Below, in pieces: positions 28,769 to 37,488 of a stretch of 64,000 nt of DNA. A program made the translations under genes and the position numbers. The notes below the pieces were generated by a model. The model was not told the DNA's origin and did no database searches. It was given only the letters and a program-made list of their open reading frames with translations. The DNA is from Bacteroidales bacterium (GTDB lineage Bacteria > Bacteroidota > Bacteroidia > Bacteroidales > UBA932). Position 1 is the stretch's first letter; each line of letters starts with the position of its first letter. The stretch spans positions 21,364 through 85,363 of the forward strand of contig JAKSKP010000001.1 of the NCBI GenBank assembly GCA_024401635.1, in the 5' to 3' direction.

Positions 28769-29768
28769 AATCACCGTATCGGCAATCGTCGCGTTGCTGC
28801 TTGCGGCCTCCATTGTCGGAGGGTTCATAATGACGGACAGGGCGCTGCTCCCAAACGGGCGGTCGCGTGACCTGGAACAGATGAAGGCCAAATGGGAAAA
28901 ACGTGTCCCCGGCCTGATGCAATGGTATGACAGTCTGAAGGTTGCGGGGATATTCCGGGACACCGTCATAACGGCTCCTGACGGCGTGGCCCTTCACGCC
29001 GTATATGCTCCTGCCGTCTCCTCACAGCCCACGGCGTTGCCCGCCGGGCAAACTGCCCTTCAGCCCTCGGATGGGACCACTGCAGCGGCTGCCGGCACGG
29101 CGGTGCTGGTGCACGGCTATACCGACAACCATCTTTCAATGGTGCAGGTCGCCAGACTTTACCGTGATTCATTGAATTTCAACGTGTTGCTGGTGGATAA
29201 CAGATACCACGGCCTGAGCGGCGGAGACCATATCCAGATGGGTTGGAAAGACCGCTTCGACCTCAAGCTCTGGCTGCCCGTTTCCCACGACATCTTCGGC
29301 AACGACTTCACCGTAGTCCACGGAATCTCGATGGGCGGAGCGGCCACTATGATGCTCAGCGGCGAGCCCGACCTCCCGGCCTATGTGAGGGCTTTCATCG
29401 ACGACTGCGGCTATTCCAGCGTGTGGGATCAGTTCAAATTCATCCTGAAGGCCGAGTACCACCTTCCGGTGTTCCCGATTCTGCCCGTCGCCGACCTTAT
29501 CTGCAAACTGCGTTACGGCTGGGGATTCAAGGAGGCCTCATCCGTGGACCAGTTGCGCAAATCCACGGCTCCCGTGTTCTTCATCCACGGCCACGAAGAC
29601 GATTACGTCCCCACGGAGAACGTTGTCCGCTGCTATAATGCCAAAGTCGACGGCTTTAAAGATATCTGGCTGACCCCCAGCACTATACACGCCCGTTCCT
29701 GCATTGACCAGCCCGCAGAATACGCCGCCCGTGTAGGGATCTTCCTGTCTATAGTCAAGGAACTTTGA
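28749..29768 (+). CDS. Membrane-anchored alpha/beta hydrolase
   Basis: N-terminal TM, VHGY, HGISMGG nucleophile elbow, FIHGHEDDYVP. Confidence 0.85.
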   Translation: MTSRTIRITVSAIVALLLAASIVGGFIMTDRALLPNGRSRDLEQMKAKWEKRVPGLMQWYDSLKVAGIFRDTVITAPDGVALHAVYAPAVSSQPTALPAGQTALQPSDGTTAAAAGTAVLVHGYTDNHLSMVQVARLYRDSLNFNVLLVDNRYHGLSGGDHIQMGWKDRFDLKLWLPVSHDIFGNDFTVVHGISMGGAATMMLSGEPDLPAYVRAFIDDCGYSSVWDQFKFILKAEYHLPVFPILPVADLICKLRYGWGFKEASSVDQLRKSTAPVFFIHGHEDDYVPTENVVRCYNAKVDGFKDIWLTPSTIHARSCIDQPAEYAARVGIFLSIVKEL

Positions 29769-29819
29769 TAATTTGACTGGAAATCAGTATTTTTGCAGGA
29801 TATGCAAAAGTAACGGCGT

Positions 29820-30992
29820 ATGCTCTGCGAACAACATTTCTTCGAACTCTACAAAAGGGAGCCGCAGGACGTGGCGTTCTGTCCCTACAGGATTTGTCCC
29901 ATAGGGGCCCATTCCGACCATCAGTACGGCAAAGTCACAGGCCTTGCCATAGACAAAGGCATATATCTGGCCTACAGCCCCAAGCAGAACGGAATAGTGG
30001 AGCTTTGCTCGCTGCAGTTCGACAAGAGGGCACAGTGGCACATAGCCGGCGTACCCGCCGTCAAGCAGGACGACTGGGCCGACTACCTGCGCGGTGCCAC
30101 CCTTGAGCTGGGCCGCAGATACCCCCTGTCCAAGGGCTTGAGCGGCGTCATCGAAGGCACGCTGCCCATAGGCGGCCTGTCATCCTCGGCCGCCGTGACC
30201 CTGGTTTTCCTCAAGGCCCTGTGCGCTGTGAACAACATCAGCCCGGAGCCACTGGAAATCATCAGAATGGCCGTAACCGTGGAGAACTCCTACGTAGGAG
30301 TCAGCAGCGGCAAGCTGGACCAGAGCTGCGAGATTTTCTGCCGCAAGGACAAACTCCTGTATCTGGACACGATGGACGACAGCTACGAACTGATACCGGC
30401 CCCGTCCGGGATGAAGCCCTACGAGATAGCGATTTTCTTCAGCGGGGTGGAGCGCACCCTTGCAGGCAGCAAGTTCAATATGCGCGTGGATGAGTGCCGC
30501 AGCGCAGCCTATGCCCTGAAGGCTTTTTCCGGAATTGAATACGGCAAATTCGGCGAAACCCATCTGCGGGATGTGCCCGTGGAGGTGTTCGAACAATACA
30601 AGGACCGTCTGCCCGAGTCCTGGCGCAAGAGGGCCGGGCACTGGTACAGCGAATTCGACCGCGTGAAGAAAGGGGCGGAAGCCTGGCGCAAAGGGGACAT
30701 AGAGGAATACGGACGCCTCAGCTTCGCCAGCGGATGGTCGTCGATATACAACTGGGAAACAGGCTCGGACGAGCTCAAGACGCTCTACGACATAATGACA
30801 CGCACGGAAGGAATATACGGCGGCCGTTTCAGCGGAGCCGGCTTCAAGGGCTGCTGTATGGCCCTGATAGACCCCGCCTTCCGCGAAAGCATACAGGCAA
30901 AGGTCGAGGCCGGATACATTGCGGCCTTCCCCGCATTGAAAGACAAATACAGGTCCGTCATCTGCCAAAGCGCGGACGGCATAATTCTATAG
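29820..30992 (+). CDS. GHMP sugar-1-kinase, galacturonokinase-like
   Basis: PYRICPIGAHSDHQ, GGLSSSAA, GKLDQ, FNMRVDEC, GGRFSGAGFKGC; lacks the GalK GEHxDY signature. Confidence 0.8.
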   Translation: MLCEQHFFELYKREPQDVAFCPYRICPIGAHSDHQYGKVTGLAIDKGIYLAYSPKQNGIVELCSLQFDKRAQWHIAGVPAVKQDDWADYLRGATLELGRRYPLSKGLSGVIEGTLPIGGLSSSAAVTLVFLKALCAVNNISPEPLEIIRMAVTVENSYVGVSSGKLDQSCEIFCRKDKLLYLDTMDDSYELIPAPSGMKPYEIAIFFSGVERTLAGSKFNMRVDECRSAAYALKAFSGIEYGKFGETHLRDVPVEVFEQYKDRLPESWRKRAGHWYSEFDRVKKGAEAWRKGDIEEYGRLSFASGWSSIYNWETGSDELKTLYDIMTRTEGIYGGRFSGAGFKGCCMALIDPAFRESIQAKVEAGYIAAFPALKDKYRSVICQSADGIIL

Positions 30993-30996
30993 GCCA

Positions 30997-31743
30997 ATGA
31001 AGTGTATAATACTCGCAGCAGGCTATGCCACAAGGCTTTACCCTCTGACGGAGAACTTTCCCAAGCCTCTGCTGGAGGTCGCCGGAAAGTCCATTCTGGA
31101 CTGGCTGATCGAAGATATCGACACTGCCGGAACCGTGGATGAATACGTAGTGGTCAGCAACCACAAATTCGCTTCCCACTTCGATGAATGGGCAGCGCAG
31201 CGCAATGCCTCGCATTGCTTCAAGGCGCCGATTACGGTGTTGGATGACGGGACCTCGACCAACGAGACAAGACTCGGGGCCGTGTGCGACATAAAGTTCG
31301 CCGTCGACACGCTGGGCATAGATGACGAACTGCTGGTGATAGCGGGGGACAACCTGTTGGATTTCAGCCTTAAAACCTTTCTGGACTATGCCAGGGCCAA
31401 GGGTACCAGCTGCGTGATGCGCTATGACGAGCCCGACGAAGCCAGGCTTCACAAATGCGCCGTTGCCTGCGTGGACGAAGACGATCTGATTACTTCGCTG
31501 GAAGAAAAACCCTCGCAGCCCCGCAGCCACTGGACCTGCCCTCCGTTCTACTACTACACCCGTGAAAATGCAGGCTGGATAGGCCGTGGAATCGACTCCG
31601 GATGCGGTACGGACGCTCCCGGCAGCTACCTCGCGTGGCTATGCGCCAATGCCCCTGTCCACGCTATGATAATGCCCGGCAGGAGGTATGACATCGGCAA
31701 TCTGGAAAGTTATGAAAAGGTTTGCCGTACATTTGCCAAATAG
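30997..31743 (+). CDS. Sugar-1-phosphate nucleotidyltransferase
   Basis: ILAAGYATRLYPLT..PKPLL, DDGTSTNETRLGA, IAGDN, EEKP, YDIG. Confidence 0.88.
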   Translation: MKCIILAAGYATRLYPLTENFPKPLLEVAGKSILDWLIEDIDTAGTVDEYVVVSNHKFASHFDEWAAQRNASHCFKAPITVLDDGTSTNETRLGAVCDIKFAVDTLGIDDELLVIAGDNLLDFSLKTFLDYARAKGTSCVMRYDEPDEARLHKCAVACVDEDDLITSLEEKPSQPRSHWTCPPFYYYTRENAGWIGRGIDSGCGTDAPGSYLAWLCANAPVHAMIMPGRRYDIGNLESYEKVCRTFAK

Positions 31744-31797
31744 TTTTGTACCAAGCAATTGACAGATAATTAAAAGACATTAAAATCACATACGGAA

Positions 31798-32787
31798 ATG
31801 AACATACTCGTTACTGGAGCCAACGGCCAGCTTGGCAATGAAATGAGAATCATAGCTGCCGCCGAGGCTGCAAGACCGGACGGCAACCGTTACTTTTTCA
31901 CGGACGTGACGCAGGCCGGAGAAGAACAGATTCAGACTCTGCGCCGCCTTGCCGGCGAAGGCGTGGACGTCACCACGGAGACCTTGGATATCACGGACTT
32001 GTCCGCAATACGCAAAGCGGTGAAAGACAATGATATAAACGTCATCGTCAACTGCGCCGCCTACACCAACGTGGACGCTGCGGAGACCAACGGCGAACTG
32101 GCCGAAAAACTCAATGCGACAGCGCCCGGCAACCTGGCCAGGGCCATCGATGAAGCCGACGGCCTGCTGGTACAGATAAGCACCGACTACGTGTTCGGCA
32201 AGGAGGAGTACAACACCCCCTGCACCGAGGACAGAACCGGCACACCCACAGGCGTTTACGGCAAGACCAAGCTCCAGGGCGAGCAGAAGATACTCAAGAC
32301 GGGCTGCGACCACGTCATCATACGCACAGCCTGGCTCTACAGCGAGTTCGGCAAGAACTTCTGCAAGTCCATACTCGCTGCCACTTCCAGAAAAAGCCAG
32401 ATAACCGTAGTCTTCGACCAGGCCGGCACACCCACCTATGCGCTCGACCTTGCCAACGCCATCAGGATGGTGATTGCGGACTATGCCCGTTATTCTCAAT
32501 GCCGCCTTCCCGCCGACCTGAGGTCCTACGACGACAAATATCCCAACAACGGCATATACAACTTCAGCAACGAAGGCGTCTGCAGCTGGTTCGACTTCGC
32601 CAAAATGATACAGGAATACAGCGGCCAGACCTACTGCTCCGTACGTCCCTGCCACAGCAGCGAGTATCCCAGCAGCGTAAAGCGTCCGTCATACTCGGTC
32701 CTTGACAAAACAAAGATCAAGAAATACTTCGGCGTCGAGGTTCCGTACTGGACAGACAGCCTGAAAAAGTGCCTGAAGAGAATATAA
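31798..32787 (+). CDS. rfbD: dTDP-4-dehydrorhamnose reductase
   Basis: GANGQLG, NCAAYTNVD, STDYVF, YGKTK, RTAWLYS. Confidence 0.92.
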   Translation: MNILVTGANGQLGNEMRIIAAAEAARPDGNRYFFTDVTQAGEEQIQTLRRLAGEGVDVTTETLDITDLSAIRKAVKDNDINVIVNCAAYTNVDAAETNGELAEKLNATAPGNLARAIDEADGLLVQISTDYVFGKEEYNTPCTEDRTGTPTGVYGKTKLQGEQKILKTGCDHVIIRTAWLYSEFGKNFCKSILAATSRKSQITVVFDQAGTPTYALDLANAIRMVIADYARYSQCRLPADLRSYDDKYPNNGIYNFSNEGVCSWFDFAKMIQEYSGQTYCSVRPCHSSEYPSSVKRPSYSVLDKTKIKKYFGVEVPYWTDSLKKCLKRI

Positions 32788-32796
32788 TTAGACACG

Positions 32797-34194
32797 ATGA
32801 AGAGTTTTGAAGATTTGAAGATTGCCGTAGCCGGCACAGGCTACGTCGGCTTGAGCATTGCCACACTTCTGGCCCAGAAGCATAACGTGACGGCCGTGGA
32901 TGTGATACCCGAGAAGGTGGAGAAGATAAACGCCCGCATCTCTCCCATACAGGACGAATACATCGAGAAGTACTTTGCCGAAAAGAAGCTCAGGCTCAGC
33001 GCCACGCTGGACGGAGCCTCCGCATACAGGGACGCCGACTTTGTGGTGATTGCCGCTCCCACCAACTACGACCCGGTAAGGAACTTCTTCGACACCCACC
33101 ACATCGAGGACGTGATTGACCTGGTACTCAGCGTCAACCCGGATGCCGTGATGGTCATCAAGAGCACCATACCCGTGGGCTATTCACGCTCGCTCTACGT
33201 CAAATATGCCCTGAAGTTCCTCACGGACCCAGCCCTGAAGGGAAAGAAGTTCAACCTGCTGTTCTCGCCCGAGTTTCTGCGCGAGAGCAAGGCTCTGTAC
33301 GACAACCTCTACCCCTCACGCATCATCGTGGGCTATCCCAAGCTGATGCCCTCCGGAGAGGACAGCAAATGGGACGAAGAGAATGCCGCAATCAGCGCCA
33401 TAGGCAACCCCGGGGCCGAAGAGTACGCCCGCACCTTTGCGCAGCTCCTTCTCGAAGGGGCTGTCGGCAGTCAGGCGGCAAAGTCCGGCAGCGGCACCAC
33501 GGACGCCGATACCCCCGACAAGGGCATACCCGTGCTGATGATGGGAATGAAGGAGGCCGAGGCCGTCAAACTGTTCGCCAACACCTACCTGGCCCTGCGC
33601 GTGAGCTACTTCAACGAGCTGGACACCTACGCCGAGGTCAAGGGCCTGGACCCCAGGGCCATCATAGTCGGCATAGGTCTGGGCCCCCGCATCGGCACCC
33701 ACTACAACAACCCCTCCTTCGGATACGGCGGCTACTGCCTGCCCAAGGACACCAAGCAGCTGCTGGCCAACTACCAGGACGTGCCGCAGAATATGATGAC
33801 TGCCATAGTGGAGAGCAACCGCACCCGCAAGGACTTCATCGCCGACCAGGTTCTGAAGATGGCCGGCTACTACAACGAGAACGCCCTGTACGAGTCCGGC
33901 AAGGAGAGGGAAGTGGTCGTGGGAGTATACCGCCTCACGATGAAGTCCAACTCCGACAACTTCCGTCAGAGCGCCATCCAGGGCATAATGAAGCGCATCA
34001 AGGCCAAGGGTGCCACGGTGATCATCTACGAGCCCTCCCTTCCCGACGGAGACACCTTCTTCGGCAGCAAGGTGGTCAACGACCTGGATGCCTTCAAGAC
34101 GCGCAGCCAGGCCATCATAGCCAACCGCTACGACAGCTGCCTGGACGACGTTTCCGACAAAGTCTATACCCGCGACCTATTCCGCCGCGACTGA
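32797..34194 (+). CDS. ugd: UDP-glucose 6-dehydrogenase
   Basis: [49 protein letters not shown]. Confidence 0.92.
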   Translation: MKSFEDLKIAVAGTGYVGLSIATLLAQKHNVTAVDVIPEKVEKINARISPIQDEYIEKYFAEKKLRLSATLDGASAYRDADFVVIAAPTNYDPVRNFFDTHHIEDVIDLVLSVNPDAVMVIKSTIPVGYSRSLYVKYALKFLTDPALKGKKFNLLFSPEFLRESKALYDNLYPSRIIVGYPKLMPSGEDSKWDEENAAISAIGNPGAEEYARTFAQLLLEGAVGSQAAKSGSGTTDADTPDKGIPVLMMGMKEAEAVKLFANTYLALRVSYFNELDTYAEVKGLDPRAIIVGIGLGPRIGTHYNNPSFGYGGYCLPKDTKQLLANYQDVPQNMMTAIVESNRTRKDFIADQVLKMAGYYNENALYESGKEREVVVGVYRLTMKSNSDNFRQSAIQGIMKRIKAKGATVIIYEPSLPDGDTFFGSKVVNDLDAFKTRSQAIIANRYDSCLDDVSDKVYTRDLFRRD

Positions 34195-34209
34195 GAATCA
34201 TTGAAGACA

Positions 34210-34302
34210 ATGGATAAGATACTCGTCACCGGCTCGGCCGGATTCATAGGAAGTAATCTGGTGATCAGGCTTTTCTTCTATTGCCTCGGCCGATGGCGGT
34301 AA
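34210..34302 (+). pseudogene. Truncated NAD-dependent nucleotide-sugar epimerase (N-terminal remnant)
   Basis: MDKILVTGSAGFIGSNLVIRL then unrelated sequence and TAA after 30 codons; no continuation seen downstream. Confidence 0.8.
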
Positions 34303-34382
34303 TTGAAAAATAGTATCGAAGTCCCGATGCTGATGGGCGGATTGCCTGTAATTTTGCGTTTGGATTTAAAATCAAACACATT

Positions 34383-34529
34383 ATGGAAAAGAATCAGCAG
34401 AAAGACAGTGCGAAGCCGGTGAAGAACTGGATCAGCTCGGTGTGCGGCTATCAGCACGTCGGCGTCGAACCCCCTAAGAAATGCCCGCAGTGCGGTGTGG
34501 ATGACATCTATTTCGACCCTGTCGGGTAA
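34383..34529 (+). CDS. Small rubredoxin-like protein (48 aa, absent from the ORF track)
   Basis: MEKNQQKDSAKPVKNWISSVCGYQHVGVEPPKKCPQCGVDDIYFDPVG; TAATTTTG element at 34349-34356 and AT-rich initiation region. Confidence 0.7.
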   Translation: MEKNQQKDSAKPVKNWISSVCGYQHVGVEPPKKCPQCGVDDIYFDPVG

Positions 34530-34595
34530 TCCGTACTGGCGGTGTCTGCCGCCGGCTATCTGGGGATACTCTTCGTGATGTTCAGCGGACTTGCG

Positions 34596-35624
34596 CTATT
34601 TCCTGCTGGCTTTCAGCCATTTGTCGCGGGCTAGCTGCTGCATGTCGACGACAACGTCGTTCTCGTCCACGATTTCATCGCCCAGGATTGTCTCTATGAT
34701 GTCTTCCATCGTTATCAGACCCTGGAACGAGCCGTATTCGTTGATGATGATGGCAATCTGTTCCTTGCTGGAAAGCATCGAGTCCCATATCTTGTCGATT
34801 GTCGTGTCCTCGTTGAAGCTGGACACGTCGCGGCGGATTTCCGAGAGTGTGCAGTCGAACTTGTCCTCGGCCATAAGCTGGAGGGCGTCCGTGCGTAGGA
34901 TGTAGCCCGTGATGTATTCGTCATCTCCGGAATACACGGGAATCCTGCTGTGGTGCAGGAACCTGCGGTCCTTGTAGAATTTCTTGATGGTCATCGACTC
35001 GTCCGCAATGGCGGCTACCACGCGGGGAGTCATAGCATCCTTCGCCGCTATCTCGTCGATGTTGATGATGTTCTGGATGATCTCGTTCTCATCCTCTTCC
35101 AGCTCTCCGCTTTCCTCCGCCACGTCGGCCATAGCCCCTATTTCATCCCTGGACACGCTTATGTCTCCCTTTCCGCCCGAAATAAGTTTCTGGAGGAATT
35201 CTACGGAAACGACAATGGGGTAGAGTATTATGATAAGGAAGTGAATCGTGGTCGCAGTGAAGGTGGTGAGGGATTTCCAGTGCGAAGTGCCTATGGTCTT
35301 TGGGATTATTTCCGCGAACACCAGTATGAGTATGGTCATTATGGCGCTTACCAGTCCGAACCACGCGGACCCGAAGAGCAGCGTGGCCTGTCTGCCGACG
35401 CCCGCGGCTCCGATGGTGTTGGCGATGGTGTTCAGGGACAGTATCGCCGCAATAGGTCTGGAGCTGTCCAGTTTGTAGTTTTTGAATCTGATGGCGGCCT
35501 TCAGGCCTTCCTCCTCCTTCATCGTTACATAGGAAATAGGCGTGCTCATCAGCACAGCTTCCAGTATCGAGCATAGGAAAGATATGCCGAGCGCCGTAAG
35601 AAGAAATAGAATCAATTCCGTCAT
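34596..35624 (-). CDS. CNNM/CBS-pair membrane protein (CorC/HlyC-like)
   Basis: SFLCSILEA, ILSLNTIANTIGA, AEIIPKT, MTPR, HSRIPVY, NEYG...TMEDIIE. Confidence 0.88.
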   Translation of the reverse strand: MTELILFLLTALGISFLCSILEAVLMSTPISYVTMKEEEGLKAAIRFKNYKLDSSRPIAAILSLNTIANTIGAAGVGRQATLLFGSAWFGLVSAIMTILILVFAEIIPKTIGTSHWKSLTTFTATTIHFLIIILYPIVVSVEFLQKLISGGKGDISVSRDEIGAMADVAEESGELEEDENEIIQNIINIDEIAAKDAMTPRVVAAIADESMTIKKFYKDRRFLHHSRIPVYSGDDEYITGYILRTDALQLMAEDKFDCTLSEIRRDVSSFNEDTTIDKIWDSMLSSKEQIAIIINEYGSFQGLITMEDIIETILGDEIVDENDVVVDMQQLARDKWLKASRK

Positions 35625-35664
35625 ACGGCAAAGTTAGGCATTATCCTCCACCTGTTCAAATTTT

Positions 35665-36084
35665 TTACAAAGTGTCGAAGCGGTTCAGCTTGCCTTCTTC
35701 GTAGCTGCTCTTCAGTCCGGTGCGTTTACTGGCGATGAAATTGAAGACTGTCGTCCTGCCGGGGACGAGTGGAAGTACGAGAAAGGCGGGGAAGTCTTCG
35801 TAGGTCCAATCCCAGCCCGCCGGCACGACGCGGTACAGGCCCGGTTCGAGGCCGCTGATACGGCGGCTGACGCTGTCATCGGGACCTGAGCCCTGCAGGG
35901 CGACGGAATATATCTTCCTTCCTCCCGGTCCGTAGACATTGTACAATGCGCGGTCGTCTTTTTCCAGACCTGTGCAGTTTATCTCCAGTATGGCGCCGGA
36001 AGTGTTCCCGGCGTCTGCCGGCCCGGCAAAGGCGATTGACCCGGCTGCCGCCAGCAGTAGGATGAGTATGACAATTCTTTTCAT
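35665..36084 (-). CDS. Exported pilus-locus protein with a single beta-sandwich domain
   Basis: Sec signal peptide; ISGLEPGLYRV...WDWTY; 13 nt after the pilin gene. Confidence 0.65.
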   Translation of the reverse strand: MKRIVILILLLAAAGSIAFAGPADAGNTSGAILEINCTGLEKDDRALYNVYGPGGRKIYSVALQGSGPDDSVSRRISGLEPGLYRVVPAGWDWTYEDFPAFLVLPLVPGRTTVFNFIASKRTGLKSSYEEGKLNRFDTL

Positions 36085-36097
36085 TTTCCTGTAACTT

Positions 36098-37480
36098 TTA
36101 TTCGATGGCGCCTGTTATCGGTATGCCCAGGCCCCAGGCGGCTCTGGCCCGTCTCTGGTTGGTGTCGTATTCCACACCCTGTGTGGCGATGGTGATTTCC
36201 AGATGGCTTCCGTCCACGGGGGCGGGGCCGGGGGTGTAGCTTGAGAACAGTTCGGCGGTCTTCCTTCCGGGGCGGATCGCCTTTTTGTAATAATAGAAGC
36301 CGTCGGTGTGCAGGGTCCACCGGCCTCCGGTGGATGATACGTTGAAGCCGTTGATGATGCCCTCCCTGCTGATGTCGCAGGGTGCGACTATGCATCCGTC
36401 ATCATCCACCCAGTTCGCCTCGATCATTGCTCTGAGATAGACGTTGTGGCTGCTGTTGTTGCCTATGGACACGTGGGTTTTCGTATGCCCGTCGAAAACT
36501 TCCTCCACGGAAATTTCCTTGACGCCGGTATCGGAGAGCGTAATCGTATAGGTGTAGCTTCTGCCTGCCTTCCATATTCCTCCTGCAAGGGAATGCGTAT
36601 AGCTGCGTACGTCCGTACCGTTGTCGAAGACCACTTCCAGCTCCGCATTGTCCCCAAGAGTCTGCGGAATCATCAGGAACGTGCGTTCCCCTTCCGTTGC
36701 CCCGGCCAGGGTTATGGGCTGGCTGGCGGATGACGCGCTTATCGGAGCGTCGAAGGTCTGCGTGTAACTAAGCTTTTCACCGCCCTCATTCCATACGAAG
36801 CCTGTTCCGTCGAAAACGCATTCCCCGTTTCCGGAAACGTTGTGCAGCGAGATGCTGCGGACTGTGCCGTCACTGTCAGCCTTGCCGCGGAACAGGATGG
36901 ATGCTAGAGGATGGCCGAAGGCAAGCGGTACTCCGCCGTTGTAGTCGGTTCTGCTCGCACTTATCCTTGTCATTATCATATCCTTCTGTCCTATGGCATC
37001 CTGCCCGGTATCGGGGTCGGGAGAGGGGAGACTGTAGCTGAAGGAGAGGGAAGTCCGGCCGGCATCGAAAAGCGGATTCAGCCCTGCAGGTGCCCAGGCC
37101 CAGAAGTCCAGGCTTCCGCTTTCAGGCCAGAAATAGCTTTGTGAGGTGTGCCAGCTGCCGTTGTCCGCCGATGGGGACAGAAGCCTCTGGACCGGGATGT
37201 ATTCTTCCGTGCCGCGGAAAGCGACAACGCCGATATCATCTGCGAACAGCTTCACTAAGTTGCCCGATGCGGCAGGAATCCCCTTGGTCAGAGGCGTTCC
37301 GCCGTACGCGGGTCCGTTTTCCGAGGCTTCCCCGGCGTCCGATACGGAAAATCCTATTCCTGTGCTTCCGTACGGCTGGGGAACTTGCAGCGCCGCCGTG
37401 TTGCAGGACATTGCCAGGCATACGCACAGGGCGTATGCCGGCATTGTCTTGAAGATATTGAATGTTCCGTTCATTGTCAT
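36098..37480 (-). CDS. Fimbrillin-family lipoprotein (likely minor/tip pilin) with extra C-terminal domain
   Basis: Lipobox AMSC, TKG propeptide site, YFWP..LDFWAWAP, LAFGHPLA, FLMIPQ, WKAGRSYTYTI. Confidence 0.8.
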   Translation of the reverse strand: MTMNGTFNIFKTMPAYALCVCLAMSCNTAALQVPQPYGSTGIGFSVSDAGEASENGPAYGGTPLTKGIPAASGNLVKLFADDIGVVAFRGTEEYIPVQRLLSPSADNGSWHTSQSYFWPESGSLDFWAWAPAGLNPLFDAGRTSLSFSYSLPSPDPDTGQDAIGQKDMIMTRISASRTDYNGGVPLAFGHPLASILFRGKADSDGTVRSISLHNVSGNGECVFDGTGFVWNEGGEKLSYTQTFDAPISASSASQPITLAGATEGERTFLMIPQTLGDNAELEVVFDNGTDVRSYTHSLAGGIWKAGRSYTYTITLSDTGVKEISVEEVFDGHTKTHVSIGNNSSHNVYLRAMIEANWVDDDGCIVAPCDISREGIINGFNVSSTGGRWTLHTDGFYYYKKAIRPGRKTAELFSSYTPGPAPVDGSHLEITIATQGVEYDTNQRRARAAWGLGIPITGAIE

Positions 37481-37488
37481 TCCTTTTG

